Source: the human T2T-CHM13v2.0 reference genome, Homo sapiens
DNA: 64,000 nucleotides
NCBI RefSeq assembly: GCF_009914755.1
Contig: NC_060943.1
Direction: 5' to 3' (one strand)
Position 1 is the stretch's first letter, and every line of letters begins with the position of its first letter. Below, in pieces: positions 38,101 through 53,100 of this stretch. The notes under the pieces are model-generated. The model saw only the letters and a list, made by a program, of their open reading frames with translations. It searched no databases and was not told the origin of the DNA. Both the position numbers and the translations under genes were made by a program.

Positions 38101-40329
38101 GGAAACACTCTGTTTGTAAAGTCTGCAAGTGGATATTCAGACATCCTTGAGGCTTTCGTTGGAAACGGGATTTCTTCATATTCTGCTAGAAAGAAGAATT
38201 CTCAGTAACTTCCTTGTGTTGTGTGTATTCAACTCACAGAGTTGAACGATCCTTTACACAGAGCAGACTTGAAGCACTCTTTTTGTGGAATTTGCAAGTG
38301 GAGATTTCAGCCGCTGTGAGGTCAATGGTAGAATAGGAAATATCTTCCTATAGAAACTAGACAGAATGATGCTCAGAAACTCCTTTGTGATGTGTGCGTT
38401 CAACTCACAGAGTTTAACCTTTCTTTTCATAGAGCAGTTGGGAAACACTCTGTTTGTAAAGTCTGCAAGTGGATATTCAGACATCCTTGAGGCTTTCGTT
38501 GGAAACGGGATTTCTTCATATTCTGCTAGAAAGAAGAATTCTCAGTAACTTCCTTGTGTTGTGTGTATTCAACTCACAGAGTTGAACGATCCTTTACACA
38601 GAGCAGACTTGAAACACTCTTTTTGTGGAATTTGCAAGTGGAGATTTCAGCCGCTTTGAGGTCAATGGTAGAATAGGAAATATCTTCCTATAGAAACTAG
38701 ACAGAATGATTCTCAGAAACTCCTTTGTGATGTGTGCGTTCAACTCACAGAGTTTAACCTTTCTTTTCATAGAGCAGTTAGGAAACACTCTGTTTGTAAA
38801 GTCTGCAAGTGGATATTCAGACCTCCTTGAGGCCTTCGTTGGAAACGGGATTTCTTCATATTATGCTAGACAGAAGAATTCTCAGTAACTTCCTTGTGTT
38901 GTGTGTTTTCAACTCACAGAGTTGAACGATCCTTTACACAGAGCAGACTTGAAACACTCTTTTTGTGGAATTTGCAAGTGGAGATTTCAGCCGCTTTGAG
39001 TTCAATGGTAGAATAGGAAATATCTTCCTATAGAAACTAGACAGAATGATTCTCAGAAACTCCTTTGTGATGTGTGCGTTCAACTCACAGAGTTCAACCT
39101 TTCTTTTCATAGAGCAGTTGGGAAACACTCTGTTTGTAAAGTCTGCAAGTGGATATTCAGACTTCTTTGAGGCCTTCGTTGGAAGCGGGATTTCTTCATA
39201 TTCTGCTAGACAGAAGAATTCTCAGAAACTTCCTTGTGCTGTGGGTTTTCAACTCACAGAGTTGAACGATCCTTTACACAGAGCAGACTTGAAACACTCC
39301 TTTTGTGGAATTTGCAAGTGGAGATTTCAGCCGCTTTGAGGTCAATGGTAGAATAGGAAATATCTTCCTATAGAAAGTAGACAGAATGATTCTCAGAAAC
39401 TCCTTTGTGATGTGTGCGTTCAACTCACAGAGTTTAACCTTTCTTTTCATAGAGCAGTTAGGAAACACTCTGTTTGTAAAGTCTGCAAGTGGATATTCAG
39501 ACCTCCTTGAGGCCTTCGTTGGAAACGGGATTTCTTCATATTATGCTAGACAGAAGAATTCTCAGTAACTTCCTTGTGTTGTGTGTATTCAACTCACATA
39601 GTTGAACGATCCTTTACACAGAGCAGACTTGAAACACTCTTTTTGTGGAATTTGCAAGTGGAGATTTCAGCCGCTTTGAGTTCAATGGTAGAATAGGAAA
39701 TATCTTCCTATAGAAACTAGACAGAATGATTCTCAGAAACTCCTTTGTGATGTGTGCGTTCAACTCACAGAGTTTAACCTTTCTTTTCATAGAGCAGTTG
39801 GGAAACACTCTGTTTGTAAAGTCTGCAAGTGGATATTCAGACTTCTTTGAGGCCTTCGTTGGAAGCGGGATTTCTTCATATTCTGCTAGACAGAAGAATT
39901 CTCAGTAACTTCCTTGTGTTGTGTGTATTCAACTCACAGAGTTGAACGATCCTTTACACAGAGCAGACTTGAAACACTCTTTTTGTGGAATTTGCAAGTG
40001 GAGATTTCAGCCGCTTTGAGGTCAATGGTAGAATAGGAAATATCTTCCTATAGAAACTAGACAGAATGATTCTCAGAAACTCCTTTGTGATGTGTGCGTT
40101 CAACTCACAGAGTTTAACCTTTCTTTTCATAGAGCAGTTAGGAAACACTCTGTTTGTAAAGTCTGCAAGTGGATATTCAGACATCCTTGAGGCTTTCGTT
40201 GGAAACGGGATTTCTTCATATTCTGCTAGAAAGAAGAATTCTCAGTAACTTCCTTGTGTTGTGTGTATTCAACTCACAGAGTTGAACGATCCTTTACACA
40301 GAGCAGACTTGAAACACTCCTTTTGTGGA

Positions 40330-41750
40330 ATTTGCAAGTGGAGATTTCAGCCGCTTTGAGGTCAATGGTAGAATAGGAAATATCTTCCTATAGAAACTAG
40401 ACAGAATGATTCTCAGAAACTCCTTTGTGATGTGTGCGTTCAACTCACAGAGTTTAACCTTTCTTTTCATAGAGCAGTTGGGAAACACTCTGTTTGTAAA
40501 GTCTGCAAGTGGATATTCAGACATCCTTGAGGCTTTCTTTGGAAACGGGATTTCTTCATATTCTGCTAGAAAGAAGAATTCTCAGTAACTTCCTTGTGTT
40601 GTGTGTATTCAACTCACAGAGTTGCACGATCCTTTACACAGAGCAGACTTGAAACACTCTTTTTGTGGAATTTGCAAGTGGAGATTTCAGCCGCTTTGAG
40701 GTCAATGGTAGAATAGGAAATATCTTCCTATAGAAACTAGACAGAATGATTCTCAGAAACTTCTTTGTGATGTTTGCGTTCAACTCACAGAGTTTAACCT
40801 TTCTTTTCATAGAGCAGTTAGGAAACTCTCTGTTTGTAAAGTCTGCAAGTGGATATTCAGACCTCCTTGAGGCCTTCGTTGGAAGCGGGATTTCTTCATG
40901 TTCTGCTAGACAGAAGAATTCTCAGAAACTTCCATGTGTTGTGTGTTTTCAACTCACAGAGTTGAACGATCCTTTACACAGAGCAGACTTGAAACACTTC
41001 TTTTGTGGAATTTGCAAGTGGAGATTTCAGCCGCTTTGAGGTCAATGGTAGAATAGGAAATATCTTCCTATAGAAACTAGACAGAATGATTCTCAGAAAC
41101 TCCTTTGTGATGTGTGCGTTCAACTCACAGAGTTTAACCTTTCTTTTCATAGAGCAGTTGGGAAACACTCTGTTTGTAAAGTCTGCAAGTGGATATTCAG
41201 ACATCCTTGAGGCTTTCGTTGGAAACGGGATTTCTTCATATTCTGCTAGAAAGAAGAATTCTCAGTAACTTCCTTGTGTTGTGTGTATTCAACTCACAGA
41301 GTTGCACGATCCTTTACACAGAGCAGACTTGAAACACTCTTTTTGTGGAATTTGCAAGTGGAGATTTCAGCCGCTTTGAGGTCAATGGTAGAATAGGAAA
41401 TATCTTCCTATAGAAACTAGACAGAATGATTCTCAGAAACTTCTTTGTGATGTTTGCGTTCAACTCACAGAGTTTAACCTTTCTTTTCATAGAGCAGTTA
41501 GGAAACTCTCTGTTTGTAAAGTCTGCAAGTGGATATTCAGACCTCCTTGAGGCCTTCGTTGGAAGCGGGATTTCTTCATGTTCTGCTAGACAGAAGAATT
41601 CTCAGAAACTTCCTTGTGTTGTGTGTTTTCAACTCACAGAGTTGAACGATCCTTTACACAGAGCAGACTTGAAACACTTCTTTTGTGGAATTTGCAAGTG
41701 GAGATTTCAGCCGCTTTGAGGTCAATGGTAGAATAGGAAATATCTTCCTA
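40330..41750 (+). repeat. Tandem duplication of a 680-bp (2-dimer) unit
   Basis: GTTGCACGAT at 40621/41301, GGAAACTCTC at 40821/41501 and GAAACACTTC at 40991/41671. Confidence 0.8.
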
Positions 41751-44149
41751 TAGAAAGTAGACAGAATGATTCTCAGAAACTCCTTTGTGATGTGTGCGTT
41801 CAACTCACAGAGTTTAACCTTTCTTTTCATAGACCAGTTAGGAAACACTCTGTTTGTAAAGTCTGCAAGTGGATATTCAGACCTCCTTGAGGCCTTCGTT
41901 GGAAGCGGGATTTCTTCATGTTCTGCTAGACAGAAGAATTCTCAGAAACTTCCTTGTGTTGTGTGTTTTCAACTCACAGAGTTGAACGATCCTTTACACA
42001 GAGCAGACTTGAAACACTCTTTTTGTGGTATTTGCAAGTGGAGATTTCAGCCGCTTTGAGTTCAATGGTAGAATAGGAAATATCTTCCTATAGAAACTAG
42101 ACAGAATGATTCTCAGAAACTCCTTTGTGATGTGTGCGTTCAACTCACAGAGTTCAACCTTTCTTTTCATAGAGCAGTTGGGAAACACTCTGTTTGTAAA
42201 GTCTGCAAGTGGATATTCAGACTTATTTGAGGCCTTAGTTGGAAGCGGGATTTCTTCATGTTCTGCTAGACAGAAGAATTCTCAGAAACTTCCTTGTGTT
42301 GTGTGTTTTCAACTCACAGAGTTGAACGATCCTTTACACAGAGCAGACTTGAAACACTCCTTTTGTGGAATTTGCAAGTGGAGATTTCAGCCGCTTTGAG
42401 GTCAATGGTAGAATAGGAAATATCTTCCTATAGAAAGTAGACAGAATGATTCTCAGAAACTCCTTTGTGATGTGTGCGTTCAACTCACAGAGTTTAACCT
42501 TTCTTTTCATAGAGCAGTTAGGAAACACTCTGTTTGTAAAGTCTGCAAGTGGATATTCAGACCTCCTTGAGGCATTCGTTGGAAACGGGATTTCTTCATA
42601 TTATGCTAGACAGAAGAATTCTCAGTAACTTCCTTGTGTTGTGTGTATTCAACTCACAGAGTTGAACGATCCTTTACACAGAGCAGACTTGAAACACTCT
42701 TTTTGTGGAATTTGCAAGTGGAGATTTCAGCCGCTGTGAGTTCAATGGTAGAATAGGAAATATCTTCCTATAGAAACTAGACAGAATGATTCTCAGAAAC
42801 TCCTTTGTGATGTGTGCGTTCAACTCACAGAGTTCAACCTTTCTTTTCATAGAGCAGTTGGGAAACACTCTGTTTGTAAAGTCTGCAAGTGGATATTCAG
42901 ACTTCTTTGAGGCCTTCGTTGGAAGCGGGATTTCTTCATATTCTGCTAGACAGAAGAATTCTCAGTAACTGCCTTGTGTTGTGTGTATTCAACTCACAGA
43001 GTTGAACGATCCTTTACACAGAGCAGACTTGAAACACTCTTTTTGTGGAATTTGCAAGTGGAGATTTCAGCCGCTTTGAGGTCAATGGTAGAATAGGAAA
43101 TATCTTCCTATAGAAAATAGACAGAATGATTCTCAGAAACTCCTTTGTGATGTGTGCGTTCAACTCACAGAGTTCAACCTTTCTTTTCATAGAGCAGTTG
43201 GGAAACACTCTGTTTGTAAAGTCTGCAAGTGGATATTCAGACTTCTTTGAGGCCTTCGTTGGAAGCGGGATTTCTTCATATTCTGCTAGACAGAAGAATT
43301 CTCAGAAACTTCCTTGTGCTGTGGGTTTTCAACTCACAGAGTTGAACGATCCTTTACACAGAGCAGACTTGAAACACTCCTTTTGTGGAATTTGCAAGTG
43401 GAGATTTCAGCCGCTTTGAGGTCAATGGTAGAATAGGAAATATCTTCCTATAGAAAGTAGACAGAATGATTCTCAGAAACTCCTTTGTGATGTGTGCGTT
43501 CAACTCACAGAGTTTAACCTTTCTTTTCATAGAGCAGTTAGGAAACACTCTGTTTGTAAAGTCTGCAAGTGGATATTCAGACCTCCTTGAGGCCTTCGTT
43601 GGAAACGGGATTTCTTCATATTATGCTAGACAGAAGAATTCTCAGTAACTTCCTTGTGTTGTGTGTATTCAACTCACATAGTTGAACGATCCTTTACACA
43701 GAGCAGACTTGAAACACTCTTTTTGTGGAATTTGCAAGTGGAGATTTCAGCCGCTTTGAGTTCAATGGTAGAATAGGAAATATCTTCCTATAGAAACTAG
43801 ACAGAATGATTCTCAGAAACTCCTTTGTGATGTGTGCGTTCAACTCACAGAGTTTAACCTTTCTTTTCATAGAGCAGTTGGGAAACACTCTGTTTGTAAA
43901 GTCTGCAAGTGGATATTCAGACTTCTTTGAGGCCTTCGTTGGAAGCGGGATTTCTTCATATTCTGCTAGACAGAAGAATTCTCAGTAACTTCCTTGTGTT
44001 GTGTGTATTCAACTCACAGAGTTGAACGATCCTTTACACAGAGCAGACTTGAAACACTCTTTTTGTGGAATTTGCAAGTGGAGATTTCAGCCGCTTTGAG
44101 GTCAATGGTAGAATAGGAAATATCTTCCTATAGAAACTAGACAGAATGA

Positions 44150-47100
44150 TTCTCAGAAACTCCTTTGTGATGTGTGCGTTCAACTCACAGAGTTTAACCT
44201 TTCTTTTCATAGAGCAGTTAGGAAACACTCTGTTTGTAAAGTCTGCAAGTGGATATTCAGACATCCTTGAGGCTTTCGTTGGAAACGGGATTTCTTCATA
44301 TTCTGCTAGAAAGAAGAATTCTCAGTAACTTCCTTGTGTTGTGTGTATTCAACTCACAGAGTTGAACGATCCTTTACACAGAGCAGACTTGAAACACTCC
44401 TTTTGTGGAATTTGCAAGTGGAGATTTCAGCCGCTTTGAGGTCAATGGTAGAATAGGAAATATCTTCCTATAGAAACTAGACAGAATGATTCTCAGAAAC
44501 TCCTTTGTGATGTGTGCGTTCAACTCACAGAGTTTAACCTTTCTTTTCATAGAGCAGTTGGGAAACACTCTGTTTGTAAAGTCTGCAAGTGGATATTCAG
44601 ACATCCTTGAGGCTTTCGTTGGAAACGGGATTTCTTCATATTCTGCTAGAAAGAAGAATTCTCAGTAACTTCCTTGTGTTGTGTGTATTCAACTCACAGA
44701 GTTGCACGATCCTTTACACAGAGCAGACTTGAAACACTCTTTTTGTGGAATTTGCAAGTGGAGATTTCAGCCGCTTTGAGGTCAATGGTAGAATAGGAAA
44801 TATCTTCCTATAGAAAGTAGACAGAATGATTCTCAGAAACTCCTTTGTGATGTGTGCGTTCAACTCACAGAGTTTAACCTTTCTTTTCATAGACCAGTTA
44901 GGAAACACTCTGTTTGTAAAGTCTGCAAGTGGATATTCAGACCTCCTTGAGGCCTTCGTTGGAAGCGGGATTTCTTCATGTTCTGCTAGACAGAAGAATT
45001 CTCAGAAACTTCCTTGTGTTGTGTGTTTTCAACTCACAGAGTTGAACGATCCTTTACACAGAGCAGACTTGAAACACTCTTTTTGTGGTATTTGCAAGTG
45101 GAGATTTCAGCCGCTTTGAGTTCAATGGTAGAATAGGAAATATCTTCCTATAGAAACTAGACAGAATGATTCTCAGAAACTCCTTTGTGATGTGTGCGTT
45201 CAACTCACAGAGTTCAACCTTTCTTTTCATAGAGCAGTTGGGAAACACTCTGTTTGTAAAGTCTGCAAGTGGATATTCAGACTTATTTGAGGCCTTAGTT
45301 GGAAGCGGGATTTCTTCATGTTCTGCTAGACAGAAGAATTCTCAGAAACTTCCTTGTGTTGTGTGTTTTCAACTCACAGAGTTGAACGATCCTTTACACA
45401 GAGCAGACTTGAAACACTCCTTTTGTGGAATTTGCAAGTGGAGATTTCAGCCGCTTTGAGGTCAATGGTAGAATAGGAAATATCTTCCTATAGAAAGTAG
45501 ACAGAATGATTCTCAGAAACTCCTTTGTGATGTGTGCGTTCAACTCACAGAGTTTAACCTTTCTTTTCATAGAGCAGTTAGGAAACACTCTGTTTGTAAA
45601 GTCTGCAAGTGGATATTCAGACCTCCTTGAGGCATTCGTTGGAAACGGGATTTCTTCATATTATGCTAGACAGAAGAATTCTCAGTAACTTCCTTGTGTT
45701 GTGTGTATTCAACTCACAGAGTTGAACGATCCTTTACACAGAGCAGACTTGAAACACTCTTTTTGTGGAATTTGCAAGTGGAGATTTCAGCCGCTGTGAG
45801 TTCAATGGTAGAATAGGAAATATCTTCCTATAGAAACTAGACAGAATGATTCTCAGAAACTCCTTTGTGATGTGTGCGTTCAACTCACAGAGTTCAACCT
45901 TTCTTTTCATAGAGCAGTTGGGAAACACTCTGTTTGTAAAGTCTGCAAGTGGATATTCAGACTTCTTTGAGGCCTTCGTTGGAAGCGGGATTTCTTCATA
46001 TTCTGCTAGACAGAAGAATTCTCAGTAACTGCCTTGTGTTGTGTGTATTCAACTCACAGAGTTGAACGATCCTTTACACAGAGCAGACTTGAAACACTCT
46101 TTTTGTGGAATTTGCAAGTGGAGATTTCAGCCGCTTTGAGGTCAATGGTAGAATAGGAAATATCTTCCTATAGAAAATAGACAGAATGATTCTCAGAAAC
46201 TCCTTTGTGATGTGTGCGTTCAACTCACAGAGTTCAACCTTTCTTTTCATAGAGCAGTTGGGAAACACTCTGTTTGTAAAGTCTGCAAGTGGATATTCAG
46301 ACTTCTTTGAGGCCTTCGTTGGAAGCGGGATTTCTTCATGTTCTGCTAGACAGAAGAATTCTCAGAAACTTCCTTGTGTTGTGTGTTTTCAACTCACAGA
46401 GTTGAACGATCCTTTACACAGAGCAGACTTGAAACACTCCTTTTGTGGTATTTGCAAGTGGAGATTTCAGCCGCTTTGAGGTCAATGGTAGAATAGGAAA
46501 TATCTTCCTATAGAAAGTAGACAGAATGATTCTCAGAAACTCCTTTGTGATGTGTGCGTTCAACTCACAGAGTTTAACCTTTCTTTTCATAGAGCAGTTA
46601 GGAAACACTCTGTTTGTAAAGTCTGCAAGTGGATATTCAGACCTCCTTGAGGCATTCGTTGGAAACGGGATTTCTTCATATTATGCTAGACAGAAGAATT
46701 CTCAGTAACTTCCTTGTGTTGTGTGTATTCAACTCACAGAGTTGAACGATCCTTTACACAGAGCAGACTTGAAACACTCTTTTTGTGGAATTTGCAAGTG
46801 GAGATTTCAGCCGCTGTGAGTTCAATGGTAGAATAGGAAATATCTTCCTATAGAAACTAGACAGAATGATTCTCAGAAACTCCTTTGTGATGTGTGCGTT
46901 CAACTCACAGAGTTTAACCTTTCTTTTCATAGAGCAGTTGGGAAACACTCTGTTTGTAAAGTCTGCAAGTGGATATTCAGACTTCTTTGAGGCCTTCGTT
47001 GGAAGCGGGATTTCTTCATATTCTGCTAGACAGAAGAATTCTCAGTAACTTCCTTGTGTTGTGTGTATTCAACTCACAGAGTTGAACGATCCTTTACACA

Positions 47101-50100
47101 GAGCAGACTTGAAACACTCTTTTTGTGGAATTTGCAAGTGGAGATTTCAGCCGCTTTGAGGTCAATGGTAGAATAGGAAATATCTTCCTATAGAAACTAG
47201 ACAGAATGATTCTCAGAAACTCCTTTGTGATGTGTGCGTTCAACTCACAGAGTTTAACCTTTCTTTTCATAGAGCAGTTAGGAAACACTCTGTTTGTAAA
47301 GTCTGCAAGTGGATATTCAGACATCCTTGAGGCTTTCGTTGGAAACGGGATTTCTTCATATTCTGCTAGAAAGAAGAATTCTCAGTAACTTCCTTGTGTT
47401 GTGTGTATTCAACTCACAGAGTTGAACGATCCTTTACACAGAGCAGACTTGAAACACTCCTTTTGTGGAATTTGCAAGTGGAGATTTCAGCCGCTTTGAG
47501 GTCAATGGTAGAATAGGAAATATCTTCCTATAGAAACTAGACAGAATGATTCTCAGAAACTCCTTTGTGATGTGTGCGTTCAACTCACAGAGTTTAACCT
47601 TTCTTTTCATAGAGCAGTTGGGAAACACTCTGTTTGTAAAGTCTGCAAGTGGATATTCAGACATCCTTGAGGCTTTCGTTGGAAACGGGATTTCTTCATA
47701 TTATGCTAGACAGAAGAATTCTCAGTAACTTCCTTGTGTTGTGTGTATTCAACTCACAGAGTTGAACGATCCTTTACACAGAGCAGACTTGAAACACTCT
47801 TTTTGTGGAATTTGCAAGTGGAGATTTCAGCCGCTGTGAGTTCAATGGTAGAATAGGAAATATCTTCCTATAGAAACTAGACAGAATGATTCTCAGAAAC
47901 TCCTTTGTGATGTGTGCGTTCAACTCACAGAGTTCAACCTTTCTTTTCATAGAGCAGTTGGGAAACACTCTGTTTGTAAAGTCTGCAAGTGGATATTCAG
48001 ACTTCTTTGAGGCCTTCGTTGGAAGCGGGATTTCTTCATATTCTGCTAGACAGAAGAATTCTCAGTAACTGCCTTGTTTTGTGTGTATTCAACTCACAGA
48101 GTTGAACGATCCTTTACACAGAGCAGACTTGAAACACTCTTTTTGTGGAATTTGCAAGTGGAGATTTCAGCCGCTTTGAGGTCAATGGTAGAATAGGAAA
48201 TATCTTCCTATAGAAAATAGACAGAATGATTCTCAGAAACTCCTTTGTGATGTGTGCGTTCAACTCACAGAGTTCAACCTTTCTTTTCATAGAGCAGTTG
48301 AGAAACACTCTGTTTGTAAAGTCTGCAAGTGGATATTCAGACCTCCTTGAGGCCTTCATTGGAAGCGGGATTTCTTCATGTTCTGCTAGACAGAAGAATT
48401 CTCAGAAACTTCCTTGTGTTGTGTGTTTTCAACTCACAGAGTTGAACGATCCTTTACACAGAGCAGACTTGAAACACTTCTTTTGTGGAATTTGCAAGTG
48501 GAGATTTCAGCCGCTTTGAGGTCAATGGTAGAATAGGAAATATCTTCCTATAGAAAGTAGACAGAATGATTCTCAGAAACTCCTTTGTGATGTGTGCGTT
48601 CAACTCACAGAGTTTAACCTTTCTTTTCATAGACCAGTTAGGAAACAATCTGTATGTAAAGTCTGCAAGTGGATATTCAGACCTCCTTGAGGCCTTCGTT
48701 GGAAGCGGGATTTCTTCATGTTCTGCCAGACAGAAGAATTCTCAGAAACTTCCTTGTGTTGTGTGTTTTCACCTCACAGAGTTGAACGATCCTTTACACA
48801 GAGCAGACTTGAAACACTCTTTTTGTGGTATTTGCAAGTGGAGATTTCAGCCGCTTTGAGTTCAATGGTAGAATAGGAAATATCTTCCTATAGAAACTAG
48901 ACAGAATGATTCTCAGAAACTCCTTTGTGATGTGTGCGTTCAACTCAGAGAGTTCAACCTTTCTTTTCATAGAGCAGTTGGGAAACACTCTGTTTGTAAA
49001 GTCTGCAAGTGGATATTCAGACTTATTTGAGGCCTTAGTTGGAAGCGGGATTTCTTCATGTTCTGCTAGACAGAAGAATTCTCAGAAACTTCCTTGTGTT
49101 GTGTGTTTTCAACTCACAGAGTTGAACGATCCTTTACACAGAGCAGACTTGAAACACTCCTTTTGTGGAATTTGCAAGTGGAGATTTCAGCCGCTTTGAG
49201 GTCAATGGTAGAATAGGAAATATCTTCCTATAGAAAGTAGACAGAATGATTCTCAGAAACTCCTTTGTGATGTGTGCGTTCAACTCACAGAGTTTAACCT
49301 TTCTTTTCATAGAGCAGTTAGGAAACACTCTGTTTGTAAAGTCTGCAAGTGGATATTCAGACATCCTTGAGGCTTTCGTTGGAAACGGGATTTCTTCATA
49401 TTCTGCTAGAAAGAAGAATTCTCAGTAACTTCCTTGTGTTGTGTGTATTCAACTCACAGAGTTGAACGATCCTTTACACAGAGCAGACTTGAAACACTCC
49501 TTTTGTGGAATTTGCAAGTGGAGATTTCAGCCGCTTTGAGGTCAATGGTAGAATAGGAAATATCTTCCTATAGAAACTAGACAGAATGATTCTCAGAAAC
49601 TCCTTTGTGATGTGTGCGTTCAACTCACAGAGTTTAACCTTTCTTTTCATAGAGCAGTTGGGAAACACTCTGTTTGTAAAGTCTGCAAGTGGATATTCAG
49701 ACATCCTTGAGGCTTTCGTTGGAAACGGGATTTCTTCATATTCTGCTAGAAAGAAGAATTCTCAGTAACTTCCTTGTGTTGTGTGTATTCAACTCACAGA
49801 GTTGCACGATCCTTTACACAGAGCAGACTTGAAACACTCTTTTTGTGGAATTTGCAAGTGGAGATTTCAGCCGCTTTGAGGTCAATGGTAGAATAGGAAA
49901 TATCTTCCTATAGAAAGTAGACAGAATGATTCTCAGAAACTCCTTTGTGATGTGTGCGTTCAACTCACAGAGTTTAACCTTTCTTTTCATAGACCAGTTA
50001 GGAAACACTCTGTTTGTAAAGTCTGCAAGTGGATATTCAGACCTCCTTGAGGCCTTCGTTGGAAGCGGGATTTCTTCATGTTCTGCTAGACAGAAGAATT

Positions 50101-53100
50101 CTCAGAAACTTCCTTGTGTTGTGTGTTTTCAACTCACAGAGTTGAACGATCCTTTACACAGAGCAGACTTGAAACACTCTTTTTGTGGTATTTGCAAGTG
50201 GAGATTTCAGCCGCTTTGAGTTCAATGGTAGAATAGGAAATATCTTCCTATAGAAACTAGACAGAATGATTCTCAGAAACTCCTTTGTGATGTGTGCGTT
50301 CAACTCACAGAGTTCAACCTTTCTTTGCATAGAGCAGTTGGGAAACACTCTGTTTGTAAAGTCTGCAAGTGGATATTCAGACTTATTTGAGGCCTTAGTT
50401 GGAAGCGGGATTTCTTCATGTTCTGCTAGACAGAAGAATTCTCAGAAACTTCCTTGTGTTGTGTGTTTTCAACTCACAGAGTTGAACGATCCTTTACACA
50501 GAGCAGACTTGAAACACTCCTTTTGTGGAATTTGCAAGTGGAGATTTCAGCCGCTTTGAGGTCAATGGTAGAATAGGAAATATCTTCCTATAGAAAGTAG
50601 ACAGAATGATTCTCAGAAACTCCTTTGTGATGTGTGCGTTCAACTCACAGAGTTTAACCTTTCTTTTCATAGAGCAGTTAGGAAACACTCTGTTTGTAAA
50701 GTCTGCAAGTGGATATTCAGACCTCCTTGAGGCATTCGTTGGAAACGGGATTTCTTCATATTATGCTAGACAGAAGAATTCTCAGTAACTTCCTTGTGTT
50801 GTGTGTATTCAACTCACAGAGTTGAACGATCCTTTACACAGAGCAGACTTGAAACACTCTTTTTGTGGAATTTGCAAGTGGAGATTTCAGCCGCTGTGAG
50901 TTCAATGGTAGAATAGGAAATATCTTCCTATAGAAACTAGACAGAATGATTCTCAGAAACTCCTTTGTGATGTGTGCGTTCAACTCACAGAGTTCAACCT
51001 TTCTTTTCATAGAGCAGTTGGGAAACACTCTGTTTGTAAAGTCTGCAAGTGGATATTCAGACTTCTTTGAGGCCTTCGTTGGAAGCGGGATTTCTTCATA
51101 TTCTGCTAGACAGAAGAATTCTCAGTAACTGCCTTGTGTTGTGTGTATTCAACTCACAGAGTTGAACGATCCTTTACACAGAGCAGACTTGAAACACTCT
51201 TTTTGTGGAATTTGCAAGTGGAGATTTCAGCCGCTTTGAGGTCAATGGTAGAATAGGAAATATCTTCCTATAGAAAATAGACAGAATGATTCTCAGAAAC
51301 TCCTTTGTGATGTGTGCGTTCAACTCACAGAGTTCAACCTTTCTTTTCATAGAGCAGTTGGGAAACACTCTGTTTGTAAAGTCTGCAAGTGGATATTCAG
51401 ACTTCTTTGAGGCCTTCGTTGGAAGCGGGATTTCTTCATGTTCTGCTAGACAGAAGAATTCTCAGAAACTTCCTTGTGTTGTGTGTTTTCAACTCACAGA
51501 GTTGAACGATCCTTTACACAGAGCAGACTTGAAACACTCCTTTTGTGGAATTTGCAAGTGGAGATTTCAGCCGCTTTGAGGTCAATGGTAGAATAGGAAA
51601 TATCTTCCTATAGAAAGTAGACAGAATGATTCTCAGAAACTCCTTTGTGATGTGTGCGTTCAACTCACAGAGTTTAACCTTTCTTTTCATAGAGCAGTTA
51701 GGAAACACTCTGTTTGTAAAGTCTGCAAGTGGATATTCAGACCTCCTTGAGGCATTCGTTGGAAACGGGATTTCTTCATATTATGCTAGACAGAAGAATT
51801 CTCAGTAACTTCCTTGTGTTGTGTGTATTCAACTCACAGAGTTGAACGATCCTTTACACAGAGCAGACTTGAAACACTCTTTTTGTGGAATTTGCAAGTG
51901 GAGATTTCAGCCGCTGTGAGTTCAATGGTAGAATAGGAAATATCTTCCTATAGAAACTAGACAGAATGATTCTCAGAAACTCCTTTGTGATGTGTGCGTT
52001 CAACTCACAGAGTTTAACCTTTCTTTTCATAGAGCAGTTGGGAAACACTCTGTTTGTAAAGTCTGCAAGTGGATATTCAGACTTCTTTGAGGCCTTCGTT
52101 GGAAGCGGGATTTCTTCATATTCTGCTAGACAGAAGAATTCTCAGTAACTTCCTTGTGTTGTGTGTATTCAACTCACAGAGTTGAACGATCCTTTACACA
52201 GAGCAGACTTGAAACACTCTTTTTGTGGAATTTGCAAGTGGAGATTTCAGCCGCTTTGAGGTCAATGGTAGAATAGGAAATATCTTCCTATAGAAACTAG
52301 ACAGAATGATTCTCAGAAACTCCTTTGTGATGTGTGCGTTCAACTCACAGAGTTTAACCTTTCTTTTCATAGAGCAGTTAGGAAACACTCTGTTTGTAAA
52401 GTCTGCAAGTGGATATTCAGACATCCTTGAGGCTTTCGTTGGAAACGGGATTTCTTCATATTCTGCTAGAAAGAAGAATTCTCAGTAACTTCCTTGTGTT
52501 GTGTGTATTCAACTCACAGAGTTGAACGATCCTTTACACAGAGCAGACTTGAAACACTCCTTTTGTGGAATTTGCAAGTGGAGATTTCAGCCGCTTTGAG
52601 GTCAATGGTAGAATAGGAAATATCTTCCTATAGAAACTAGACAGAATGATTCTCAGAAACTCCTTTGTGATGTGTGCGTTCAACTCACAGAGTTTAACCT
52701 TTCTTTTCATAGAGCAGTTGGGAAACACTCTGTTTGTAAAGTCTGCAAGTGGATATTCAGACATCCTTGAGGCTTTCGTTGGAAACGGGATTTCTTCATA
52801 TTATGCTAGACAGAAGAATTCTCAGTAACTTCCTTGTGTTGTGTGTATTCAACTCACAGAGTTGAACGATCCTTTACACAGAGCAGACTTGAAACACTCT
52901 TTTTGTGGAATTTGCAAGTGGAGATTTCAGCCGCTGTGAGTTCAATGGTAGAATAGGAAATATCTTCCTATAGAAACTAGACAGAATGATTCTCAGAAAC
53001 TCCTTTGTGATGTGTGCGTTCAACTCACAGAGTTCAACCTTTCTTTTCATAGAGCAGTTGGGAAACACTCTGTTTGTAAAGTCTGCAAGTGGATATTCAG

